Assembly (NCBI GenBank): GCA_030631995.1
Contig: DAOVKB010000007.1
Coordinates: 1 to 28,809 of the forward strand
Source: an archaeon
GTDB taxonomy: Archaea > Asgardarchaeota > Heimdallarchaeia > Heimdallarchaeales > Heimdallarchaeaceae
DNA length: 28,809 bases
Direction: 5' to 3'
Shown here: positions 1 through 11,434 of the stretch, one piece after another
Layout: the number at the start of each line of letters is the position of its first letter
Position numbering within the stretch: position 1 is the first letter of the stretch
The notes under the pieces: model-generated
The model's input: only the letters and a program-made list of their open reading frames with translations
The model's database searches: none
Told to the model about the DNA's origin: nothing
Translations under genes and position numbers: made by a program

Positions 1-528
1 AATCATGCTTCTCCCGACAACCACTACATGTTTACTTTCTATTGGAATTTTATAGAATTTTAACAATGCTAAAACACCTAGAGCTGTTGCAGGTACAAGA
101 TTGGGTAAAGCTTTAGCCCATGCATAGACATTTCCAGGAGATAACCCTTCAACATCTTTGCTCGGATCAATACTTTCTATAACAAGATCCTCGTCTATAT
201 GATCTGGAAGAGGTATCTGAACAAGTATTCCATCAACAGATTCATCCTTATTCTGTCCTTCAATAAAATCTAAAAGTTTTTTCTCAGGTATATTTTCCTG
301 AAGTCGAAAAACTTCTGATTCAACGCATAGTTTTTCGAAAAATCTTTCTTTTAGTTTTATATAGGATTCCGAAGCAGGATTGCTACCCACAAGAATTGTG
401 GATAGTTTGGGGAGTTTCTTATACGATTCGCTGAATATTTCGCATCGAGGTTTTAGAATCTTTTCCAGATATTCTTGAGCAAAAAATCTTCCATCTAAGA
501 TTTTTGATTTCTCTTCACTTTGATTCAT
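1..528 (-). CDS. folD: Methylenetetrahydrofolate dehydrogenase/cyclohydrolase FolD, N-terminal 176 codons; the 3' end runs off the window
   Basis: Absent from the ORF track because there is no stop in the window. My minus-strand translation from ATG 528-526 reads MNQSEEKSKILDGRFFAQEYL..LSTILVGSNPASESYIKLKERF..VDGILVQIPLPDHID..IDPSKDVEGLSPGNV..HVVVVGRSMI. It carries the FolD signature blocks VGxNPAS, DGILVQLPLP, DVDG-like and VVGRS. Confidence 0.85.
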   Translation of the reverse strand, partial: MNQSEEKSKILDGRFFAQEYLEKILKPRCEIFSESYKKLPKLSTILVGSNPASESYIKLKERFFEKLCVESEVFRLQENIPEKKLLDFIEGQNKDESVDGILVQIPLPDHIDEDLVIESIDPSKDVEGLSPGNVYAWAKALPNLVPATALGVLALLKFYKIPIESKHVVVVGRSMI

Positions 529-766
529 TTTCAACACATTCAGTTTTAACTCAAAATAACACTTAATAAATTATAGCAATTTTACATTTTTCCCCCTCTA
601 GTGAGAGTAGGAAATTATTTTTGATTATTTTCCGCAATGCATTAAAGAACTTGATTCAGAAGTGTTATATCTTGATTCTGGAGAAATAAAACAATGAATG
701 AAAAAACTATAATTAATTTGCCTTTATTTCTGAATGTAGGAATGCCTAATCTCATAATTATTGTAA

Positions 767-1171
767 ATGACAATATATAGATTATATGTACCTTGGTTAA
801 TGTATCGTGCAAAAGCAATTAAAGAGTATTTAAAAGAAAAAATATTAGTTCATATTGATATAAACAATTTAATTCTAGAGGAGTATTTACCTGCTGATTT
901 GATTAGAATACTTAGCTTTTCATATGATAAGTTCATAGAAAAAGAAAAGATAGAAGAAAATGAGCAGGCGATAATTTTAGCAGAAAAACTGATTTGGTAT
1001 TTCATTCGAGAGTGTCAGTTTATGGATACAATATCATTTAACTTACCAGAATCAATCAAAGTTATGGAACACGTTCTAGAAGTTTTTGAGAAATATTTAG
1101 ATGTGCAAGGTGTAGCAGAAAATATTGGAGATTTATTTAAAGGAATTCAAACTAGATATTTCGGATATTAG
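767..1171 (+). CDS. Hypothetical protein, 134 aa, no recognisable domain
   Basis: Open frame with host-like K/E/I-rich composition. No SD precedes ATG 767. A short SD-preceded ORF (694-780) overlaps its start in another frame, so the true 5' end is uncertain. Confidence 0.4.
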   Translation: MTIYRLYVPWLMYRAKAIKEYLKEKILVHIDINNLILEEYLPADLIRILSFSYDKFIEKEKIEENEQAIILAEKLIWYFIRECQFMDTISFNLPESIKVMEHVLEVFEKYLDVQGVAENIGDLFKGIQTRYFGY

Positions 1172-1199
1172 GTGTAATGAGAAAATCGTGTTAAAAATC

Positions 1200-1212
1200 A
1201 AAAGGTTTTTAT
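1200..1212 (+). promoter_or_regulatory. Candidate BRE/TATA element for rpoA1 (AAAGGTTTTTATC)
   Basis: Purine-rich AAAG followed by a T/A-rich box about 80 nt upstream of ATG 1293. A near-identical motif and spacing precede uS12 (5241-5252). GGAG lies just before the ATG. Confidence 0.35.
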
Positions 1213-1292
1213 CAACTAGAAAAGGAAAAGGGTTAAGGTAATTACATTAGTGTAAGTTAGTGTAAAGATTCAAAAATTTTTGGAGATAAAGA

Positions 1293-5188
<3,896 letters not shown>

Positions 5189-5240
5189 TTCTCACTTTAT
5201 CCTTTTCTATTTCTATAAACCACTAACAGTTAGTGAACAG

Positions 5241-5252
5241 AAAGTTTTTATT
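5241..5252 (+). promoter_or_regulatory. Candidate BRE/TATA element for uS12 (AAAGTTTTTATT)
   Basis: Same AAAG+TTTTTAT motif as upstream of rpoA1, about 85 nt before ATG 5337. Confidence 0.35.
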
Positions 5253-5336
5253 AAAATTGTAAGAGGGATGATTGGTTGATAATAAAATATCTACAGTCGT
5301 AAATGTTAATAATTCCGAGATAATACGTGATTTAAG

Positions 5337-5780
5337 ATGACTGGTTCAAAAAGTCCAAAGGGCGAGTTTGCTGCTCGAAAGTTAAAAAACAAGAGAAAAC
5401 ACTTCCGATGGAAAGATATCCATTATAAGAGAAGAATGTTAAGATTAGACAAGAAAACTGATCCTTTAGAGGGTGCACCAGCAGCTAGAGGTATTGTTGT
5501 AGAAAAATATGGTGTAGAGAGTAAACAACCCAATTCTGCTATGAGAAAATGTGTTCGAGTTAGACTCACTAAAAATGGAAAACAGGTTGGTGCTTTTGTT
5601 CCACACGATGGAGGCCTTCTTTATATTGATGAACATGATGAAGTACTGGTATGCAGTATAGGGGGAGCTCAAAAAGGAGCTATGGGAGATTTACCAGGAG
5701 TTAAATGGCAAGTTACACACGTAAATGGTATAGCTATTAACCAGATTGTTCTCGGACGCAAATCGAAACCTCAAAGGTAA
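5337..5780 (+). CDS. rps12: 30S ribosomal protein uS12 (S12/S23e)
   Basis: 147 aa. [45 protein letters not shown] is the universal uS12 core. Confidence 0.95.
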   Translation: MTGSKSPKGEFAARKLKNKRKHFRWKDIHYKRRMLRLDKKTDPLEGAPAARGIVVEKYGVESKQPNSAMRKCVRVRLTKNGKQVGAFVPHDGGLLYIDEHDEVLVCSIGGAQKGAMGDLPGVKWQVTHVNGIAINQIVLGRKSKPQR

Positions 5781-5786
5781 AAAAAC

Positions 5787-5819
5787 CGTGTTCTAAATTA
5801 CACGATTGTTCGAATTTTT
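5787..5819 (+). terminator. Possible terminator after uS12: short hairpin plus T5 run
   Basis: CGTGT (5787-5791) pairs with ACACG (5800-5804), followed by TTTTT at 5815-5819. Archaeal termination usually relies on oligo-T. Confidence 0.25.
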
Positions 5820-5858
5820 CAACTCAATTAATTTATTATCCTAGATAATAACCACAAT

Positions 5859-5869
5859 CCTTTAAATAG
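5859..5869 (+). promoter_or_regulatory. Candidate TATA box for aIF5A (CCTTTAAATAG)
   Basis: TTTAAATA box about 50 nt upstream of ATG 5915. A similar ACTTTAAATAG motif lies upstream of rfcS on the minus strand. AAGGAGAT SD precedes the ATG. Confidence 0.35.
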
Positions 5870-5914
5870 ACTTTAATTGCAATTATATTAATAGAAATAA
5901 AAAAGGAGATAGTT

Positions 5915-6328
5915 ATGTCAGAACAGGACATCAAACCCATTAGAGCAGGACAAATCAAAGAGGGTTTTCACATTATCCATAACGATGAAGTTTACCTTGT
6001 TCGTGGAATTGAGAAATCAAAATCTGGAAAACATGGACACACAAAATGTAGAATCAAGATTGAAAACATCTTTACAGGAAGCAAAACAGAGATTTCTATT
6101 CCTGGTGATTTGAAATTGCAATCACCAATTATCGATAAGAGAAACGCTCAAGTTATCTCTTTAGGTGGGGATAGTGTTCAATTAATGGATCTTGAAACAT
6201 ACGATACCTTCGAATCAGCGCTCCCACCAGAGGAAGATTTGAAAAGTCTAATTCAGGAGGGTGCTGAAGTTGAATATTGGAACGTAATAGGTAAAAGAAA
6301 AATCATGCGAGTTAAAAGTTCGGGATGA
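5915..6328 (+). CDS. eif5a: Translation initiation/elongation factor aIF5A
   Basis: 137 aa. Hypusine-loop motif KSKSGKHGHTK. N-terminal SH3-like domain plus C-terminal OB-like domain length. Confidence 0.93.
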   Translation: MSEQDIKPIRAGQIKEGFHIIHNDEVYLVRGIEKSKSGKHGHTKCRIKIENIFTGSKTEISIPGDLKLQSPIIDKRNAQVISLGGDSVQLMDLETYDTFESALPPEEDLKSLIQEGAEVEYWNVIGKRKIMRVKSSG

Positions 6329-6393
6329 TTCTATAGATTCTCCCAATTTTTTCCTTCGTTTGTAACTATATATTGAATTTGTTTTAACTAAAC

Positions 6394-6406
6394 AAAGTTT
6401 AAAAAA
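6394..6406 (+). promoter_or_regulatory. Candidate BRE/TATA for tRNA-Ala (AAAGTTTAAAAAA)
   Basis: Centred about 37 nt upstream of the mature tRNA 5' end. A matching AAAGTTAAAAAT motif lies upstream of tRNA-Leu. Confidence 0.4.
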
Positions 6407-6436
6407 CTCTTTACTGATTGAGTTTTAGCTTAATCT

Positions 6437-6513
6437 GGGCCGATAGATCAGCCTGGTAGATCGCTTCGTTCGCAACGAAGTGGCCCCGGGTTCAAATCCC
6501 GGTCGGTCCACCA
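6437..6513 (+). tRNA. tRNA-Ala (anticodon CGC), 3' CCA encoded
   Basis: Hand-folded cloverleaf. Acceptor GGGCCGA/TCGGTCC with the G3:U70 alanine identity pair. Anticodon stem CTTCG/CGAAG with loop TTCGCAA. T arm CCGGG-TTCAAAT-CCCGG. Discriminator A then CCA. Confidence 0.9.
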
Positions 6514-6520
6514 CCAATAC

Positions 6521-6530
6521 TTTTTTTGTT
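6521..6530 (+). terminator. Oligo-T terminator after tRNA-Ala
   Basis: TTTTTTTGTT begins 8 nt after the tRNA 3' end. Confidence 0.4.
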
Positions 6531-6655
6531 GACAAATCAGCACCATTTTTTGGAGAAAAAGCAGATAAAATCGTTTTTGTCGCGATTTTAGTTAAAAGCG
6601 GAAAGATTAAATAATTATAATATTAAATAAACATACATAATAGCGAGGATTCATT

Positions 6656-8032
6656 ATGAGAGACGTTCTAAACTTTGTTCGTACAATTCGTGATCCAATC
6701 TATGATGAAATACGCATGACAGAGCTGGAAAATAGAATTATTGATTCACCTATTTTCCAAAGATTACGATGGATTAGTCAATTATCTGGTGTTAGACAAG
6801 TCTATCCGTCAGCAACACATTCTAGATTTACTCACAGCGTTGGTGTTATGTATTTAGCAGGAAAATATGCTGAAGAAGTTTTTAGGAAAGACGATGATGC
6901 AGTTGAAAAAACTCAATTAGCTCGTTTAGCAGGTCTTTTACATGATATTGGTCACGGACCCTTCAGTCACACATATGATGACGTAGTCTTTAAACGCGTT
7001 TATCCTGATGCACCACACGGACATGATGTACATAGAGATAAAATGATTAAATCAGATGTTTTACGCCCCACAATAGAGGAATTCACTAAACCACAAACAT
7101 TAATGGATATTTGGGGAGGCAAAGACTATCTCCTACACCCTTTAATTCAAGGAGCATTAGGAGCAGATAGATTAGATTTTATGTTAAGAGATTCTTTCTT
7201 TGCAGGAACATTACATTTTGGAATTATAGCAGTTAATAGAATCATTAACAACACCACAATACAGAAACATCTTGATAAAGATGCCATCCATTATAATTGG
7301 AAGTGTTTAGATGATATTTACTCATCACTTATTGGTCGTTTCTTTGAGTATAAGAATGTGTATTTCCACAAAACATCGCGTGCAGCTGATATCACAATAC
7401 ACGAAATGTTAAGAGAAGCTTGTGAGCCGTTGAATCTAATAGAACGCACTCATGACCTTGCTGAATATACTTATCTAAATGAGTACACATTGGTTGGAGA
7501 GATATTTTCAAGTAAATCAGAAGAACTTGCAAAAGCAAGATCATTAGTTAAGGATTTGTTTAACAGACGATTATACAAATCTGTATTTGAAAAGATAATT
7601 GATGAATCTACTGCTGAAAATCTAGGCATAACGGTTGAAGGATTATGTAAATTGACTGCTGAAGAGTCTTTCATCAAGAGGATTGAACAATATTGTAATG
7701 AAAACAGCATAGTTCTAGAGAACAAGATGAAGATTGATTCAACTTATAAGTTATCAACAATCAATGAGCAAGAATTTCAAGCATCTAATATCTATATTTA
7801 TGATCCCTATAATCGTATTAGGTCTGGAACAAATTCTTTCACGTTAAATGAAGCATTAAACACTACAACCTATATAACCACTTTTTCTGGTCCAAAAGCT
7901 TATCGTTCATTATTTACACTTGTTAGAGTTTATGCTCATCCAGAAGAGGTGGGTACAATTAAGAAAATTTGGGACGAAATCAGACCTAAAATAGATGACA
8001 AAGAACCCGATGTGTCAGTAACATCATATTAG
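6656..8032 (+). CDS. HD-domain (d)NTP triphosphohydrolase-like protein (SAMHD1/EF1143-type, COG1078-like)
   Basis: 458 aa. Metal-binding quartet in the canonical order: HSRFTHSVGV, LAGLLHDIGHGPFSH, GADRLDFMLRDSFFAG. Confidence 0.85.
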   Translation: MRDVLNFVRTIRDPIYDEIRMTELENRIIDSPIFQRLRWISQLSGVRQVYPSATHSRFTHSVGVMYLAGKYAEEVFRKDDDAVEKTQLARLAGLLHDIGHGPFSHTYDDVVFKRVYPDAPHGHDVHRDKMIKSDVLRPTIEEFTKPQTLMDIWGGKDYLLHPLIQGALGADRLDFMLRDSFFAGTLHFGIIAVNRIINNTTIQKHLDKDAIHYNWKCLDDIYSSLIGRFFEYKNVYFHKTSRAADITIHEMLREACEPLNLIERTHDLAEYTYLNEYTLVGEIFSSKSEELAKARSLVKDLFNRRLYKSVFEKIIDESTAENLGITVEGLCKLTAEESFIKRIEQYCNENSIVLENKMKIDSTYKLSTINEQEFQASNIYIYDPYNRIRSGTNSFTLNEALNTTTYITTFSGPKAYRSLFTLVRVYAHPEEVGTIKKIWDEIRPKIDDKEPDVSVTSY

Positions 8033-8036
8033 AACT

Positions 8037-8447
8037 TTAACCAACGACACCCATGCTGCCTGATTTAAAAACTCTGTTTGCTTCTTTAACTATTTGAATT
8101 CCAGTCTCATAATCAGCCAAGAACGTATCCAGATTAATTTTTGCTTTTTCTAAATCTTCAGCAGGGATTCCTATATCATCGGTTGTGATTTTATATAAAC
8201 CATCACCAGAAAAAGTTACTATTCTACTTTTGCAGAGGTTCTGTAGGAAACAGGAGATGGTTTCCGAAATTACAGAATAACCGTTATGATACCAATCAGG
8301 GATTTCTAAATCCTCTTCCTTGGAGAGAACAAGAAAAATCCCACTATGGATAATTTCCTCGTGTTTTGGTAAATATTTCCTAACAACGCTTGCAATGTAA
8401 GATTTTATTTTGGATTCTTTTTCTCCCATAGCTATCTGTTTTTTCAC
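8037..8447 (-). CDS. Hypothetical protein, 136 aa, predicted alpha/beta, unknown function
   Basis: Clean ORF with host-like composition, convergent with the HD gene (4 bp between stops). No motif I can name. Any roadblock/longin-like resemblance is only a guess. Confidence 0.5.
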   Translation of the reverse strand: MKKQIAMGEKESKIKSYIASVVRKYLPKHEEIIHSGIFLVLSKEEDLEIPDWYHNGYSVISETISCFLQNLCKSRIVTFSGDGLYKITTDDIGIPAEDLEKAKINLDTFLADYETGIQIVKEANRVFKSGSMGVVG

Positions 8448-8585
8448 ATTACTGAAAAGCTTCTGTAATACGGAAACATAGTTTTGAATTTTTCAAATAA
8501 AAATCGAAACTAATAACAAATGTAAGAGTCTCATAGAAGAATCTCTAAATAAATTACTTTTATTTCAATAAAACTTAAAATACTT

Positions 8586-9986
8586 TTAAGCAAGGATTGT
8601 GCTATAAATTTTAGCTTTTAAAGCGTCATTCAAAAGAACATCATTTAATGTTAGATGGAGGATGTTGAATTCATGTAGCACATTTTTTGACCCTTCTTCT
8701 ATAACATCAGCAACAACTATACATAAAAAATCATTTCTCAATCCTGCTATAGAGCTTAGAATATCAACTATTTCATAAGCATTTGTTTGATTTAATATGT
8801 CCTGATAGAATTTAACAAAAATATAAAATGATTCCTTACGTAACACTAAGTCAAATGAATCTTCGAAAATTACTGTTTCCTTAAAATCAAATTCTTTAAA
8901 GATCTTATTGATTCTTACTTTAAGATATTCTGCATCAAAGGTTGTATTAACAGTTCTTGGAAGGGGAACTGTAAGATCATCTAATGTACTAGGAGCTGGA
9001 ATTTTCTCTATTTTCTCATTTTTTCTCGGATTGATTGTAGAGGATTCCTCAGTCATTCTATTATCAGATATTTCAACTTCAACGTTCAATTCCTTTACTG
9101 ACGGAAGGGGTTTAAACAAGGAAATACTTGTTAGGCTAGGTTTCTTTGGTGGTTTTTGCAGATGGGTATTAAAAGATATATCGTTTGATTTTCTTTTTAT
9201 ACTATCTTCTATTTTGGTCTTTCTTGTTCTTAATAGCTGGTCAATATCAATTGTATCTAAGAATAAGCCCTCATGCTTTATCCAAGGAACATAAAAGCGA
9301 AAATTAACTTCGTGTCTTGCAATAGCCTTTTTTGAGATTGAGGTAAGCTTACAATTTAATTTTGTTGAATTGGTTTTAAGATATCGGAGGAATTGCTTTC
9401 TTTTCTTTATAACACCATTAAAATTATTGGATTTAGATATTAGCATCATCCCCCACTTTGGTAATATTTCACCGCCTTTACGGTATGAAGGAATGTGTGA
9501 AAGAACAATTGAGAAGATTTCTGCTTGTAGCAAGTCTATAATAAAATTTGTTATTTTTTTCTTTAAACTCTGGGCTCCAGAATCAATAGAGGAAAGCATA
9601 CAAACAAAAGAGAACAGAGTATCATTATCAGCAAGTTTCAATTTAAGAACTAAATCCTCTTGATCTATTTTCTTAATTCTAGGAATGAATATTGAATTTG
9701 CGTTTGTTAAATCCTGAAGAGAGTAGGTTTTTTTCAAATGGTGTACTAATTCTTTCCTTCTTTCTATATCCGCTTCTTTAGTAAAAAAGTTGTAGAGGAT
9801 AAGATACTGTTTATCGTTATCGAATTTAATGGAAAAAGAAACATTTCTTGAACATAGCTCATTTAGTAAGCTTGATACTCTTATATTATCACTATTTTTG
9901 ATTTCCAGTACCTCTATACTTACTTTGCTATCTTGTTGCCTCCATTCTAAAGGAATAATAAAATCCTTAGTGTTTTTTCTTATCAT
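8586..9986 (-). CDS. Hypothetical 466-aa protein: novel N-terminal domain, K/S/P-rich disordered linker, C-terminal restriction-endonuclease-like (Mrr-type PD-(D/E)xK fold) domain
   Basis: The C-terminal 110 aa read FKEFDFKETVIFEDSFDLVLRKESFYIFVKFYQ..AYEIVDILSSIAGLRNDFLCIVVADVIEEGSKNVLHEFNILHLTLNDVL. This follows the Mrr_cat strand/helix pattern: D..D-hydrophobic strand, h-h-V-K-h strand, helix, h-h-V-h strand, then I-x-L-h-x-x-x-L. The linker runs roughly over residues 260-345. AAAGTTTACAT, a promoter-like motif, lies about 30 nt upstream on the minus strand. Confidence 0.55.
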   Translation of the reverse strand: MIRKNTKDFIIPLEWRQQDSKVSIEVLEIKNSDNIRVSSLLNELCSRNVSFSIKFDNDKQYLILYNFFTKEADIERRKELVHHLKKTYSLQDLTNANSIFIPRIKKIDQEDLVLKLKLADNDTLFSFVCMLSSIDSGAQSLKKKITNFIIDLLQAEIFSIVLSHIPSYRKGGEILPKWGMMLISKSNNFNGVIKKRKQFLRYLKTNSTKLNCKLTSISKKAIARHEVNFRFYVPWIKHEGLFLDTIDIDQLLRTRKTKIEDSIKRKSNDISFNTHLQKPPKKPSLTSISLFKPLPSVKELNVEVEISDNRMTEESSTINPRKNEKIEKIPAPSTLDDLTVPLPRTVNTTFDAEYLKVRINKIFKEFDFKETVIFEDSFDLVLRKESFYIFVKFYQDILNQTNAYEIVDILSSIAGLRNDFLCIVVADVIEEGSKNVLHEFNILHLTLNDVLLNDALKAKIYSTILA

Positions 9987-10303
9987 GAAAATCCTACAAC
10001 CTTTTTGTTTTTACATGTAAACTTTCAATCTTATTCTTCTAAGTATAATAGATTATTTAAACACAGAGAAATCTAAAATACAATAGTCTAGAATGGTTTC
10101 TGTTTAATTTAGTGTATTCTGTAAACTGTAAGTTAGTAGGCGATATTCTTATAAACCGTTTTTTCCAGAAAAGCAATGAGAGTGATCAATTGGACTGGTA
10201 TTAACCAGCTATGATTTTTACCCTAACAACAATGAAGTAGGGTACAGTCCAAATCCTCATACTCTGAAGTTTCTTTATGTTTCCTTTGAAAAAGGTGGTT
10301 TGT

Positions 10304-11434
10304 ATGAATATAGAAAATGAAATCCAAGATATTGAGAAAAGAACAGATTATGATCGAATTCTTGAGGAGTTTGGGATTTCCAAAATAGATAAAATATTAC
10401 CAAAAATAGGAAAAGAGCATATATTCTTTAGAAGAGGAGTGGTTTTTGCTCATAGAGATTTTAACAAGATAGTTGATAGAGTAGAACAAAATAAAAAATT
10501 TGCAATAATTAGTGGACGTGGTCCATCTAGTGATCTACACTACGGTCACTTTATTCTGTTTGAGTTAATCCGTTTCATCCAAGAAAAATACAAATGTGAT
10601 TTTTTTCTACCACTTTCGGATGACGAAAAATATGTTTTTCGAAAAGTTGAAAGTATAAATGAAACATACAAATTATCATTAAAAAACGCAGTAGATATTT
10701 TTGCTCTTGGATTCAAACCAGATAATGTTCATGCATACATCTCAAGCATAACACCACGAATTCAGTATTTAGCTCTAAGTTTTTCAGTGAATCAAACATA
10801 TAATGCAATTAAAGCAGCACTAGGACTAACTGGTGAAGAAAATGCAGGTACAGTTTTTTATTCTTGTATTCAAGCTGCACACATTCTTCATCCTACAACG
10901 GACCACAATCTACCTGTTGTAGTTCCTGTAGGGCTCGATCAGGATGTATTTATCAGGTTAACAAGGGATATTGCTAGAAAAAGAAAAATAACTTCTCCAA
11001 CATCTCTTTATATTAAATTTTTAAAAGGATTAACAGGAAAACCAATGTCTTCTTCTGTTCCTGAAAGTTGTGTTTTCTTAAGTGATGACGTAAAAATGAT
11101 AAAGAGAAAAATTACGAATGCCTTTACTGGTGGTAGATCTTCAGTAAAAGAACAACAAAAATTAGGTGCGAATCCAGACGTTTGCACTATTTATGATTGG
11201 TTTGAGAAGTACTTCGTGAAAGATAATAAGGAAATGAGTGAAATACGTAAAGGATGCAAAGACGGTGAATTAATTTGTGGTTTAGACTGTAAACCACGAC
11301 TAATAGAAATGATATTAAACCACCAAGAACAACATAGCAACAGAAAGAAAGAGGTTATTAAGAATCTAGAAAAATACTTTGATCACGAAATTGATTTATC
11401 AGTTCTAGATAAAGAGGAGGATTCTTTTGAATAA
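10304..11434 (+). CDS. trpS: Tryptophanyl-tRNA synthetase (archaeal/eukaryal type)
   Basis: GRGPSSDLHYGHFILF (HIGH-class motif in the TrpRS context) and GKPMSSSVPES (KMSKS-type). I prefer ATG 10304 (MNIENE..) because AGGTGG lies 6 nt upstream. The track start at 10277 has no SD. Confidence 0.9.
   Translation: MNIENEIQDIEKRTDYDRILEEFGISKIDKILPKIGKEHIFFRRGVVFAHRDFNKIVDRVEQNKKFAIISGRGPSSDLHYGHFILFELIRFIQEKYKCDFFLPLSDDEKYVFRKVESINETYKLSLKNAVDIFALGFKPDNVHAYISSITPRIQYLALSFSVNQTYNAIKAALGLTGEENAGTVFYSCIQAAHILHPTTDHNLPVVVPVGLDQDVFIRLTRDIARKRKITSPTSLYIKFLKGLTGKPMSSSVPESCVFLSDDVKMIKRKITNAFTGGRSSVKEQQKLGANPDVCTIYDWFEKYFVKDNKEMSEIRKGCKDGELICGLDCKPRLIEMILNHQEQHSNRKKEVIKNLEKYFDHEIDLSVLDKEEDSFE

Noticed and set aside
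10208-10270. Possible C/D box sRNA in the trpS upstream region (ATGATT ... ATGAAG ... CTGA spanning about 57 nt).
   Set aside because: The C and C' boxes deviate from RUGAUGA, no credible D' box is present, and there are no terminal kink-turn-forming complementary ends. The helical interpretation fits better and is reported separately.
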